Origin: a virus | Length of the DNA stretch: 64,000 nucleotides | Virus record (IMG/VR): IMGVR_UViG_3300021399_000161 | Coordinates: 2,449 to 66,448 of that record | Direction: 5' to 3' (one strand) | Shown: positions 19,229 to 30,400 of the stretch, one piece after another | Numbering within the stretch: the first letter of the stretch is position 1 | Layout of the letters: every line of letters starts with the position of its first letter | Program-made: the position numbers and the translations under genes | The notes under the pieces: generated by a model | Databases searched by the model: none | Seen by the model: the letters and a program-made list of their open reading frames with translations, nothing else | What the model was told of the DNA's origin: nothing

Positions 19229-20048
19229 TAATACGCATACGAAAACTTGCTTAATTGCTGGAAACTCTCCTGTTTGATAGGTTGCAGGAGACAATCAGCA
19301 GCCAAACTGAATAACGTAATTATGACCACTTAATTGGAGGACAGATATGGAAGAATGGAAAGCTGTAGTTGGGTATGAAGGCTTCTATGAGGTTTCATCT
19401 TACGGAAGAATAAGAAGTATTGATAGATATGTTAAGACTGGGATTCTTCACAGTGAAGCGAAACTTCAAAAGGGGAAGTTATTAAAACTCAACAGGAAAC
19501 GCAGTGGATATCTTTCAGTGGATCTCTGCAAAGAAAACAAGATAAAAACGATGTCCGTGCATAGAATTGTGGCGCTGGCGTTTATAAAAAAGCCGGAAGG
19601 CAAAGACGTCGTAAACCACATCAATCTAGATAAGACCGATAATCGCGTAAAGAATCTTGAATGGGTTACTTGCAGAGAAAACACACAACACGCCGCTAAA
19701 AACGGAGTGATTTATGGTGGCTTGAGAAAGTTAGTCAGGTGTTGCGAGACTGGAGATACTTTTTCAAGCAGTTACAAAGCCGCTGAATGGTTGAATAAGA
19801 CAAAATTCCATTATTCAAAACAAATTGATTCAATGGGTAAAAACATTCGTGCTTGTTGTCAGGGTAAACGCCCTACAGCATACGGATATCATTGGAAAGA
19901 CGTTATTCAGGAAGGTTCAACGACTAGTCCGTGAGGACGTACACCCAAGTGGGTGGAAATGGCAGGCTCCACGTAAAGTGGATGAAGATATAGTCTTATC
20001 TATGCAGAAATGCATAGCAGTTAATAACGGGCATGGAGATAACGAACC
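19229..20048 (+). mobile_element. HNH homing-endonuclease-containing insertion splitting the capsid gene (candidate group I intron)
   Basis: Non-coding 118 nt and 114 nt flanks around the HEG ORF; flanking capsid segments are in different frames. Confidence 0.45.
19347..19934 (+). CDS. HNH homing endonuclease (NUMOD4 + HNH_3)
   Basis: WKAVVGYEGFYEVSSYGRIRS (NUMOD4) and HINLDKTDNRVKNLEWVTCRENTQH (HNH_3) motifs. Confidence 0.85.
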   Translation: MEEWKAVVGYEGFYEVSSYGRIRSIDRYVKTGILHSEAKLQKGKLLKLNRKRSGYLSVDLCKENKIKTMSVHRIVALAFIKKPEGKDVVNHINLDKTDNRVKNLEWVTCRENTQHAAKNGVIYGGLRKLVRCCETGDTFSSSYKAAEWLNKTKFHYSKQIDSMGKNIRACCQGKRPTAYGYHWKDVIQEGSTTSP

Positions 20049-20555
20049 ATGCTGAAAAAAATGGAGATTGACACCTATCGTATCGCAGCTCTCGTATCTG
20101 GTGCTGTCTCTGCGCAGGTTCATGACGCCGCAGCGGCCAGTGCGACCAACGCCTACGAACTGTTCCTTGCCGGTCAGGAAGATCTTGACAATGCGAAGGT
20201 CCCGCAGGGTGGCCGTTTCGCCATTGTAACCCCGAAGTTCCTCAACTACGTCAAGCTGAGCGATAACTTCATCAAAAAGGGTGACATGGCGCAGCAGATC
20301 GCAATCACTGGTGTGGTTGGCGAGATTGATGGCGTGTATATCATCAAGGCTCCTACCAGCTACTTCCCGACGAAGGTTCAGTGCATCATCACGAACCGGA
20401 TGGTAATGCCGTCCCCGGTTAAACTTCAGGACTACAAGATCCATCAGGATCCGCCCGGAGTGAATGGGTGGCTCGTCGAGGGGCGCATCAGATACGATGC
20501 CTTCATTCTGAACGAGAAGAAGACAGCCATCTCGGTGATCGCAAACCCTTCGTAA
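20049..20555 (+). CDS. major capsid protein, C-terminal segment (putative exon 2)
   Basis: 168 aa in the capsid position; alone it is too small for a capsid protein; weak RBS GGAGA. Confidence 0.5.
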   Translation: MLKKMEIDTYRIAALVSGAVSAQVHDAAAASATNAYELFLAGQEDLDNAKVPQGGRFAIVTPKFLNYVKLSDNFIKKGDMAQQIAITGVVGEIDGVYIIKAPTSYFPTKVQCIITNRMVMPSPVKLQDYKIHQDPPGVNGWLVEGRIRYDAFILNEKKTAISVIANPS

Positions 20556-20941
20556 GTACTACCACGGTATCGCCCGAAGATGGTAGTACGGAAATCTGGG
20601 GCTACTCTATAAGCGACCTTCAGTCTGATGTTGAGATTGATGACGGTGCGATTACTGGCACGTTGTCCTATATCGACACTGGAACTCTTGCCGATGAATG
20701 GGGAGCGGGTAACTTTATCGCACTGAAATTTACGTTGCCTGAAGGAGCAACGCCAGATACCGTCAGGGTTGGCATGGACCCGTCTGTGAGTTCCGGTCTT
20801 CTTCCTCTGGATGAAGATTTGAACGCTATCTGCAAGGTGACCGACAAGGATGGACAGAATTTTGTTGTGGAAACATGGACGGGAGGCTACTGGCACAGGG
20901 ATGTATACGACCTGTCAGGGCTGACGGTTCTGGATGAATAA
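20423..20941 (+). CDS. -1 frame extension open across the capsid stop (possible frameshift-added C-terminal domain)
   Basis: The -1 frame is open from 20423 to 20941 with no ATG start; A_AAC_CCT heptamer lies 2 codons before the TAA; the GTG at 20468 is an alternative independent start. Confidence 0.3.
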   Translation, partial: TSGLQDPSGSARSEWVARRGAHQIRCLHSEREEDSHLGDRKPFVSTTTVSPEDGSTEIWGYSISDLQSDVEIDDGAITGTLSYIDTGTLADEWGAGNFIALKFTLPEGATPDTVRVGMDPSVSSGLLPLDEDLNAICKVTDKDGQNFVVETWTGGYWHRDVYDLSGLTVLDE

Positions 20942-20954
20942 GGAGAGTTATTTT

Positions 20955-21131
20955 ATGATAACCCTTGAAAGAGATGGCAAGAGAATGGAGGTCGCAACTG
21001 AGTTGCAGGCCTCCGTCATGGAGCGGAGCGGTTACACACGGGTGGAGCCGGAGAAACCCGTATCTCCCGAGTCACCCAAGAGCGCGCCGCCGAAACGCAG
21101 ACGGCCCGTGAAGACCGAAGAGGCGGAGTAG
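20955..21131 (+). CDS. hypothetical small protein (basic C-terminal tail)
   Basis: RBS AAGGAGAG before ATG. Confidence 0.4.
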   Translation: MITLERDGKRMEVATELQASVMERSGYTRVEPEKPVSPESPKSAPPKRRRPVKTEEAE

Positions 21132-21159
21132 GCAGCAATCTACACACGAGGTATGTGAT

Positions 21160-21501
21160 ATGGAGACAGAGATCCTGACAGCGGTACAGACGTACTTGGA
21201 ATATACAGGGGAGACCGTGACTGAAGAATTTCTGTCTCTGATCATTGCCTCTGTGATAGAGAATTACAAACAGCAAAGATGTTATCCGGACAGCATGGAC
21301 GAGGAAGCCATCGATGCCGATGTTGAAAAATACTTCACCAACAAAAAGACCTATGTGGCCACACAGGTCATTCCGGCCATCCTTGGGAAGGTCGGCGGTG
21401 AAGGTCTGACATCCATCATCGACAACCAGACTTCCAGGTACTGGAAGACGGACTTCCCTGTCTACTTGCCTGATGTGGTTCCGTATTGCGAGGTGGTCTG
21501 A
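21160..21501 (+). CDS. head-tail connector (gp6-like)
   Basis: TAVQTYLEYTGETVTEEFLSLIIASVIENYKQQRCYP resembles Phage_connect_1 family proteins. Confidence 0.55.
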   Translation: METEILTAVQTYLEYTGETVTEEFLSLIIASVIENYKQQRCYPDSMDEEAIDADVEKYFTNKKTYVATQVIPAILGKVGGEGLTSIIDNQTSRYWKTDFPVYLPDVVPYCEVV

Positions 21502-21503
21502 GC

Positions 21504-21917
21504 ATGAGAAACCTTGTCGCAAACAACCGGCCCCTGTGGTATTCATTGTACTTGGGAGAGACACCGGTGCTTGACGAGAACGGAGACTACACCGGGGAAG
21601 TGCAGCAGTCATATTCCGAACCGGTCAAGTTCATGGCGAATCTGTCAGCCACCCGTGGAACGCAGGGCTTCACTGGAACGGGAAGCACCTTCGACTACTT
21701 CGGTGCTGACATCGATTATTCGCTGATCATCAGCACGGCAGATATGACGCTCCCCATCGATGAGTACAGTCTTGTCTGGGACGTGGAGCCTGCCACTGAC
21801 GGTCAGGGGAACGTGGACTTCAGCAAGGCGCGGTTCAATGTGACTGCCGTAGCCAGAGGCCTTGTCCAGATGAAGTACGCCATCAAGCGGCGGCCAGAGA
21901 CAGAGGTGAGGTCATGA
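21504..21917 (+). CDS. head-tail joining / head closure protein (by position)
   Basis: RBS GAGGTGG before ATG; position in the structural cassette. Confidence 0.45.
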   Translation: MRNLVANNRPLWYSLYLGETPVLDENGDYTGEVQQSYSEPVKFMANLSATRGTQGFTGTGSTFDYFGADIDYSLIISTADMTLPIDEYSLVWDVEPATDGQGNVDFSKARFNVTAVARGLVQMKYAIKRRPETEVRS

Positions 21918-22486
21918 AGATCTCATTCAACGCCTTTTCGCCTGATAGTGTCAGGGCCGCGCAGAAGGCTCTCAAGGAGTACCAGGACAGCCTTGCCGGT
22001 AAATGTACCACTTTCGTCCAGAAACTGGCTGAGATAGGCATAGACACAGCCAGAATGGCGGTTGATACCGTTGACGGGGATGTGGAGTCCCGGTCTATGG
22101 GCAAGTACATCATTTTCCAGACGGAACTTGAACCGTCCAAGCATGGGGCGAAGGCACTCATGATTGCTTCCAACACCGGCCTGATCAAGAGCGAATGGAG
22201 GGCAAAGGACGGAACCGTCAAGGAAGCAGATGTCTCCCCCATCCTGATGGCTGAATTTGGTTCTGGTCTGAATGCCAATAATCCCGATGCTGGCAAGCAT
22301 GGAATGGGTACAGGCACGTTCCCTGGGCAGACTCATGCAGAGGATCCTTCTGGCTGGTGGTGGATGGACGTTGACGGCGAATGGCATCATTCTCATGGCA
22401 TAACCCCATCGATGCCCATGAGCAGAGCCGCCGGAGAGATGTTCTTCCAAATCCAAAGAGTGGCGAAGGAGGTGTTCGGAACATGA
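21914..22486 (+). CDS. tail-completion / neck protein (by position)
   Basis: ATGA overlap with upstream gene; structural cassette. Confidence 0.45.
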   Translation: MKISFNAFSPDSVRAAQKALKEYQDSLAGKCTTFVQKLAEIGIDTARMAVDTVDGDVESRSMGKYIIFQTELEPSKHGAKALMIASNTGLIKSEWRAKDGTVKEADVSPILMAEFGSGLNANNPDAGKHGMGTGTFPGQTHAEDPSGWWWMDVDGEWHHSHGITPSMPMSRAAGEMFFQIQRVAKEVFGT

Positions 22487-22553
22487 GCATTTCCGGTTAC
22501 CTGAGGCGTGTTCGGAACATGAACATTTCTGTTTCCCCGGGAGGTGATGGATC

Positions 22554-22952
22554 ATGATTGACGCGTGGAACCGTGTCATGACCAACCTTCGCATTGCTGA
22601 GAAGGGTGTATGCAGTAGGATTGTTGCAAGTATAAGCGACATCCCTGCCGAGTTACCGGCCATGGCGGTTGAACAGACCGAGAACTATGAAGTGGCTGTT
22701 GACCTTGAGAACACAGAGAATGCAGTGCGATCCATCATCCGGATACAGACATTCTCCAAGAAGAGCCGCATGGAGGCGCGAGAGATCCTGTCCATTGCCT
22801 GTGATGCCATGCGTCAGATGGGATACAGACGGTACTTCGGACCGGAACCTATCCCCAATGTCTCTGACGGCATGATATACCGCATGGAAGCTAGGTTCCG
22901 GCGCACTATCGGGGACGTGGATGAAGAAATCCCGGTATTCCCGGAAGAATAA
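22554..22952 (+). CDS. tail terminator / neck protein (by position)
   Basis: RBS GGGAGGTG; 132 aa. Confidence 0.45.
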   Translation: MIDAWNRVMTNLRIAEKGVCSRIVASISDIPAELPAMAVEQTENYEVAVDLENTENAVRSIIRIQTFSKKSRMEAREILSIACDAMRQMGYRRYFGPEPIPNVSDGMIYRMEARFRRTIGDVDEEIPVFPEE

Positions 22953-23052
22953 GTAACATGAGCGACAAGGGGCTGCCTATGCAGTCTTTTTTGTTTGGAC
23001 AAATAAACAGCAGAGAGCCTTTGAGCGCCTTTTCATACAAGGAGGTATTCAA

Positions 23053-23460
23053 ATGCCTGCAAAAGCGTATAGCACAATTAACACTGTACTGAAAGCTGGC
23101 TCTGGCACAACCCTGACCCAGCTGTGCAAGATCAAATCCTATCCGGATCTTGGCGGTGCACCGGATACTCTGGAAACTACCGACCTGGAAGATACCATGC
23201 AGACCTTCGTCCCCGGCGTCCAGTCTCTGGATCAGATGGAGTTCACGGCCAATTACACTCCCGAGGCGTATGCTACAGTCATTGCATCCATCAACACCGA
23301 GCAGAACTATCAGCTGGAAATGGGAGAGGATGGAGCGCAGGGCATCTTCAAGTGGTCTGGCCAGCACAATGTCTACGTCAACGGCGGCGATGTAAATGCT
23401 GTGCGTGAGATGACCATCGTTGTCACTCCGTCCAGCGCCATCACGAAGGTGACCACCTGA
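23053..23460 (+). CDS. major tail (tube) protein
   Basis: RBS AAGGAGG; 135 aa rich in T/S/G; placed before the chaperone and tape-measure genes. Confidence 0.55.
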   Translation: MPAKAYSTINTVLKAGSGTTLTQLCKIKSYPDLGGAPDTLETTDLEDTMQTFVPGVQSLDQMEFTANYTPEAYATVIASINTEQNYQLEMGEDGAQGIFKWSGQHNVYVNGGDVNAVREMTIVVTPSSAITKVTT

Positions 23461-23593
23461 TAGGAGTCAGGAGGCTTGCCTGAACAGCTAACCAACAGGG
23501 GAACATGTCTATGATGTGTTCCCCTTTTTTTGTATGGGGCATTGAGCGCCCCATCACAACCTTCACTTTTTCGATTCCCAGAAGGAGGAACAC

Positions 23594-23974
23594 ATGAACA
23601 CAGTAACTATCAATGGCCGGGAATACGTCATCCCGGAAATGGACTTCGAAACGGTTTGCCAGTTGGAGGAGAACGGAATCTCCCTTCTTGCGATGGATGA
23701 GAGAAATCCCAAGATTGCTACGATGCTCCGTGCATTTGTCGCATGGATTATGAAGACTACCCCGCAGAGGGCGAGTGCGGAGATCCAGGCGCACTTGAAC
23801 AACGGCGGCAATCTCGTTGACCTGATCACCATCATCACCACCGCTCTTGAAGATTCGGGTTTTTCCAGAGGGAACCGCACAAAAGTGAAGGAGTTCCCGG
23901 ATCATCAGAAGAAGCAGCAGAACAGAAACAAGAACAGAAACAACGGAAGACCTACCGAACCCTCACAGAACTGA
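23594..23974 (+). CDS. tail assembly chaperone (gpG-like)
   Basis: RBS GAAGGAGG; lies immediately before the tape-measure gene. Confidence 0.55.
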   Translation: MNTVTINGREYVIPEMDFETVCQLEENGISLLAMDERNPKIATMLRAFVAWIMKTTPQRASAEIQAHLNNGGNLVDLITIITTALEDSGFSRGNRTKVKEFPDHQKKQQNRNKNRNNGRPTEPSQN

Positions 23975-23988
23975 TCAATGATGTCTGG

Positions 23989-24378
23989 GTGCCCATTGGT
24001 GCAAGGTACTTCATCCCGCTGTCGGAGTTTTATCGTCTCAACCCGAAAAAACTGCAACGGTATCAGCCATATCTGGCAGAGACACGGGAGCTGATGATGG
24101 AAGATATCCATGTGTCTGGGTGGGTATACGGGCAGTACGTGGCCTCTTCGATTGCCAGCAATTTTTCCAAACGTCATAAGTACCCGAAGGAGCCATACTT
24201 CCTTGCCCATCAGCATGACGAGGAGGAAGGCGTTCCCATGACGGATGCTGACAGGTTTGCGGCTTGGGCGGCGGCATTCAATGCCGGTCATAAGGACTTC
24301 AAAAAGGCCGATGGGGAAAATGAGTCCGAAGTCAATGACTTACCGGCAATCGTTTCAGATCCAGACATCACAGAGTAA
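23989..24378 (+). CDS. tail assembly chaperone -1 frame segment (gpT-like, possible G-T frameshift product)
   Basis: The -1 frame is open from 23881 or earlier through the gpG stop; GTG start if expressed independently. Confidence 0.4.
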   Translation: MPIGARYFIPLSEFYRLNPKKLQRYQPYLAETRELMMEDIHVSGWVYGQYVASSIASNFSKRHKYPKEPYFLAHQHDEEEGVPMTDADRFAAWAAAFNAGHKDFKKADGENESEVNDLPAIVSDPDITE

Positions 24379-24430
24379 CCCTTGAGTGCCCAGAGCGCCG
24401 GTCGGGAAAGAAGAAAGACAGGTGCGTTAT

Positions 24431-27400
24431 ATGGGCATGGAAATAGATAGTCTCGAGATTGCCATACAGGCGCAAGCGCGTGAAGCATCCCGAGAAATCG
24501 ATGGTTTATACCAGAAACTTGGCAATGTCGCGTCTGCCCTGAACCGCACTGCGTCAGGGTATCGGTCCGCAGCCAAGGAAGCTGGGCGCATGGCGGCGGC
24601 GTTCCGGTCTATAGCTTCAATCAGGATCCCGAACTTCTCCGGGCTTATCCAGCAGATGGAGTCTCTGAGCAAGATTGACTTCAAGGGAATGACGAACAAA
24701 AAGTTCGAGATCAAAGTCGATGTGGATGTCCCGAAATCTGCCAGTCAGGTTCAGTTCGCCCTGGAGAAGGCGATGGATGCGGTGAAGGTGGATTCCAGTA
24801 AGTTCGCCGACAAGCTGATTGATGAATACAGTCTCACGGGTAAGGCGGCATCCACTGTCAGGCGGCTTGTTTCCGTGATGGTTGCAGAGATGAGCGCCGG
24901 TTTTGACGGTTCCGGTCTCAGTGGTGTCAGCAGCAAATTCAATGATGCCTGGAATCAGATTGATGAGGTCATCCGTGAGCACGGAAAGATTGAGGCTGAA
25001 ACCGTAAGAGATAATCGTGCAATGGTCTCGGAGCAGTACGCCGAACTGGCGGAGACTATGCGCGGTCAGAGCATCGTCATCTCTGACGAACTGAAAAGGG
25101 GTATTGGTCGAACTGAATTTGCGGAAATGATCAAGGAATTTCCAGGATTGTTTGTTCGAAGCGTCAGTCAGGCCAAAAACAGTATCCTGGATCTGAACAG
25201 CGTTTGGGAATCGTGGACAGCCAAGGCCGAAAACGGCGGAAAGGCCGGACAGTTTGCAGATATCCTCTCACGAGATGTTACGAACGATGCCGATCAGGTA
25301 ATGCAGCTTGTGCAGGCTCTCAGAATTGCCAAGGAAGAGGCAAATAAAGTTCGCATATCCGGCCTTGGAGGGGAGTCTGCCGATCTGGCAGGCCAGTCCG
25401 TCAGGTCTTCCGTGCTGGGCATGTCCACTGACATTACGAACGCACTGAAGAATGGTTTCAATCGCGCTATGCAGGAGTCCTCCAAGGATCTCATGATTGA
25501 CGTGGGAGTCAATCAGGAAAAGATTGTCCGTGACATCCAGAGCGCTATCAATTCCGCATCCAATGCTACTTTCAAACCGGTCAAGGTGACACTGGATATT
25601 GATAAGGCCAATATCAAGAACAGGGTCTCTGAGGAACTTCAGAATATCAGCGAAGGGAACCTTACGAGTATTGCAAACGCCTATAAGGAACTGGTAACTC
25701 AGTTTTCAACGCTGAATACCGTTGCCCAGAACGCCAAAGGCGTCAACAACATGATCAACTCTATCCGTAGATTGGCTGATACGGATATGGGTAAGTTCGA
25801 TTCGGTGAAGTTCTCCGAGATGACCAGCGGTATTGCGGCACTGGCATCCATGCCGGATGTGTCCGGTACGCTTTCCAAGCTGATCAATTCCCTGATCCGT
25901 CTGTCTGGTGCGGCGTCCAATATGAATGCGGCAACCAGTGCCATTCCTGCCTTCACCACGGCTATCCGTGACATGTTGGGGGCGGTTGGTCAGGCCAATG
26001 CAGACAAGGGCACTGTGGCGCTTCTGAACACCATCACGAGGCTGTCAGGTAGTGGTCAGGGCATGGCAGATGCAGCGCAGAATATGCCGCTGTTGACGAA
26101 TTCCATAAGGGAGTTCTTCGTAGCAATGTCTCAGGCTCCCGTGGTTCACAATAACACCCTGAAGATGACGCAGGCGCTTGCTCGACTGGCAAAAGATGGG
26201 GGAAATGTCAGGGATGCGTCTGTCAACGTCAACCACGGCTTCAGCGATATGTCGAAGAGCGGAAGCAAATTGCAGTCCGTCCTGAGAGGCCTGTCCACTG
26301 TCGGGAATAAGATAAAGTCTGCATTCCAGGGACTTGCTACGGCAGTCAAGGATACTGTGGGAAATGTAGCGAAGGGAGCCGGAAAGATTGTTGCCGGGTT
26401 CAAGAACATTGGGCGTGGGACAAACCACATCCAGAAAGCCACTCTCAGTCTGAAGAACCTTCTTCAGGTGGCACTCGGTTTCTACGGGATCCGCACACTG
26501 TTCAATTGGGGCAAGGAAGCACTGAAGCTGTCTTCGGATCTGACCGAAGTACAGAACGTAGTGGAGAATTCCTTTGGCACAGAAGGGACCAAGGCGGTTG
26601 AAGAATTCGCTTCCACATCCATCAAGTCTCTTGGGATGTCGGAACTGACCGCCAAGCAGGTGGCCTCTCGTTTTCAGGCCATGGGCAACGCCATGGGCAT
26701 CACTGCCGGTCAGGTAGCGAAAGCCACTGAGCAGGTGTCCGGAAGGATGGAGGAGAGTTACCGTAACGTCGGGGATGGTATGGGCAATATGTCCATCAGG
26801 CTGACCATGTTAGCCGCTGACATGGCTTCCTTCTACAATGTGGAGCAGGATACCGTAGCCGAAGCACTGAATGCTGTTTACACAGGCCAGACAAGGCCTC
26901 TGAGGCAGTACGGTCTCGACCTCACGCAGGCAACACTTCAGGAATGGGCAATGAAACAGGGTATCGACGCAGATATCCAGTCCATGTCCCAGGCAGAGAA
27001 GACACTGCTCAGATACCAGTATGTTATGGCGAATACATCCACCATACAGGGAGACTTCGCCCGGACATCCATGACATGGGCAAACCAGATTCGTATTCTG
27101 AGACAGCAGTTTGAAGTTCTCGGAAGAACAATCGGTGATGTTCTTGTCAATACATTCCGACCGCTTGTCGTGTGGCTGAACACAGCCATGGAGCAGGTCA
27201 TCGCATTTGCGGAGACCATCGGGAATGCGCTCGGGAAGATCTTCGGATGGCAGATTATGCACACTCCGGCGTCCAATGCCGCTGATGTGTATGCAACGCT
27301 CACTGACAGTCTGGAAGATACTGCCGGTGCCGGAGACGACACATCGAGTAGCTTGCAGGACGCAACGAAGGCGGCGGAGGATTACAAAAATACAGTCCTT

Positions 27401-30400
27401 GGCTTTGATGAACTGAACAAGCTGAACGATGTCTCCGAAAGAACCTCCACCCCGTCCTCTGGTTCTGGCGGCGGATCCGGAGCGCCTTCCTCCGCCGGGT
27501 TGAACCCGGTCAGTGCATCGGGGGCAGACTTCACATCCATCAAACAGCCTACTTGGTTCGAGGATTACAAGAGTGAGATTGATAGTCTCCGTGAACTTGG
27601 AGACTACATCAATACGGCACTCACAGATGCCATGAACCGCATCAAGTGGGAAGAGATATACGCAAAGGCATCAGGCTTCGGGACGGGCCTTGCGAACTTC
27701 CTGAATGGCCTGATCAGCCCTGGACTGTTCAGCGCAGTGGCAAGCACTATCTCGAGCAGTCTCAACACGGCACTGCATTTCCTGGATAGGTTCGGCAACA
27801 CATTCAGTTGGACCAACTTTGGGAATTCCATCAGTGCCGGTCTCATTACCTTTTTTGAGACATTTGACTGGAAGCTGGCGGCGAAAGACTTCCTTACGTT
27901 GACTGGCGGGATCTCGACAGCTATAGGGGCTGCTCTGGACAGTTTCAACGCGAGTAACGGATTTGAACTTGTCGGGACGAAGGTTGGCGGATATGTCAAG
28001 GATGTCCTGACCCGGTTCAATTATGATATTGTCGCAGACAATTTCGTGAAACTTGTCAACGGCATCAAGACAGCCATCAGCAGTGCCCTTGACAAGATGG
28101 AAGAGAATGACGGCTTCGGAGTAGTCGGTCGGAAGGTCGGCCATGCTGTCAGGAAGGTTTTGAATACCAATGACTGGCAGCTGTCTGCGCGGAACTTCTC
28201 CAGGCTTACGAACGGCATTATCCGTTCCATCAGAAGCGCCGTTGATGAAGTCGGGCAGAACAATGGTTTCTTCTTCATCGGTTCACAGATCAGTGGGTTT
28301 GTCGCAACCGCTCTCGGTGGAATCGAATGGGAGTCTGAGGTATATCCGGCGGCGAATTCCTTCGCGTCCGGTCTGGCTGGCTTCCTGAATGGGCTGTTTG
28401 ATGAGAATACGTTCTCGACACTTGGCAGTACAGTGGCCGGTCTGATCAACACGGCACTTCACTTCCTTGATACATTCGGGACAGAGTTTGAGTGGGGCAA
28501 TTTCGGTATCTCTCTTGCGGCAGGAATAAATTCCTTCTTCAACACCTTCAATTTTGAGATGCTTGCTTCGGCGTTCAATAATTGGGGTCTCGGTATTCTT
28601 GAAAGCCTCAAAACCATGTTGGTTACTATCAGGTGGTTCGAGATTGGGCAGAATATCGGGAATTTCATCCGTGCCATAAAGTGGGAGAACTGGTTTACTG
28701 GAATTGCCGATTTGCTTGCAGCTGCTGTACAGGCGGTCATAGATACTGCCAAGGGCATCATAGATCCGTCTGGCCTTGGGAACAAGCTGACGGGAGCATT
28801 GGACAACATAAAGACATCCTGTGATAAATTTGTGCAGGCAGTGGATTGGGCAACCCTTGCCGAGTCGGTCAAGAAACTAGTAGACGCTCTCGCGCCTGCG
28901 GTCGCAGGATTTGCGGAAGGGTTGACAACAGCGTTTAGCATACTTGCCGACATTGGCGCAGTAGCCCTGAATGCTATTGGAATTGCCTTCAATCTGATAG
29001 CAAACGCAATCAACTCACTCCCCGAAGGTCTTGTGGAGGACTTCGGCAAAGGCCTTGGTATCGTTGCGGGTGCGTTAGTTACAATCAATGGTCTTGACAG
29101 GGTCGTGTCCATCATAGGTGGAGTCACCACAAAGATACTCGGTTTCGGAACGGCAACCGGGACGGCAACAACAACCGTAGCCAATGCCGGTGGAGCAACT
29201 ACAGTTACAACCGGAATTTTCGGGCAGTTTGCACAGGCCATACTCAAGAGTTCCGGGTTCCTGGAAGGGGCATTGGTAAGCGGTGCGGTAGAAGCAGGAA
29301 AGGGTCTCCAGCTTCTTGATGAACAGACAAGAGGAGAGAACGGTCAGCTCTCTGAGATGGGTGGCGTGATGGATAGCATTGCAACCCAGTTCTCACCCGA
29401 GATGGAAAGCAAGATCCGAGACCTGAAAAACGAACTGGAAAACAACGGAGCAACTGCCGATGAAGCAGCCTCTGCGTTTGCAGATTTCTTCACTGGAGAA
29501 CATGTCGCTCCAGAGAAACTTGAGAGTGCGATGGGCGTTGTCAGGACAGAAATGTCGCTGACAGATGAACAGGGATATCTTCTGGATGAAACGCTCAAAA
29601 GGATGGGCGAGCAGAGCGGAACCACTGGTCAGCAGATGACGATGTCTCAGACTGATTATATCGGCTTCAAAGATGTACTCAACGAGATGGTCAGGGAAGG
29701 CACTCTTGGCGGAGACATGATAGAACACCTTGATGGTGTCCTCCAACAGCAGGTCGGCGCAGGAACTGCGAAGGAAGCCTATGACAAGGTGAAAACTGCC
29801 CTCAGTGAGATGGGGGTTGAAACAGACACTTTCGATACGAAAGTTCAGGAGAAGGTGCCGGGTGCATTCAGCACTATCAGCAATCAGTCTCTGACAGCCG
29901 AGGAGAAAGTCCAAAAAGTCAAAGATGCATTTTGGACGATGGCTCAAGGGATTGGCGAGAAGGCCGGTATCATCAAGTCGCAGGCCGGAGATGCACTTGG
30001 AAATGTCGGAGAGAAGGCTGACGAAGCCGATACAAAAACAGGAACATTCCAGACCAACCTGTTTGCCTTTGCCGGAGGCATCTTCGCACAGGCAGGCCTG
30101 ATGGCGCTTATGGGAACTACATTTGGCACGATGGGTGATAAATCCGAGACTGCCAAGGGGAAGGTCAACGGCCTGAAGGACAAGGTCGGAGAATTCGTCA
30201 GGAGCGTCAAGGATAAGGCTTCAGAAGCAGAGACAAATTCAAAGACCGTTGGTGAAATCGTTCCGAAGGCCATGGGTGAGGCCATGGAGAACAACAAGGG
30301 CAAATTGGAACTGGCATGCACGAATATGTCTAAGACCATCAAGGACAAGACGAATGAGGGACTTGGATGGGACGGAACCTCTTTCGCTGTTGTAGATGTG

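Noticed and set aside
18860-20555. Intein in the capsid gene
   Set aside because: The flanking capsid segments are in different reading frames and the insert has its own RBS, stops and non-coding flanks. That is incompatible with an in-frame intein.
24386-24430. Upstream in-frame extension of the tape-measure ORF
   Set aside because: The extension would overlap the end of the chaperone gene. The first ATG at 24431 with a purine-rich leader is the likely start.
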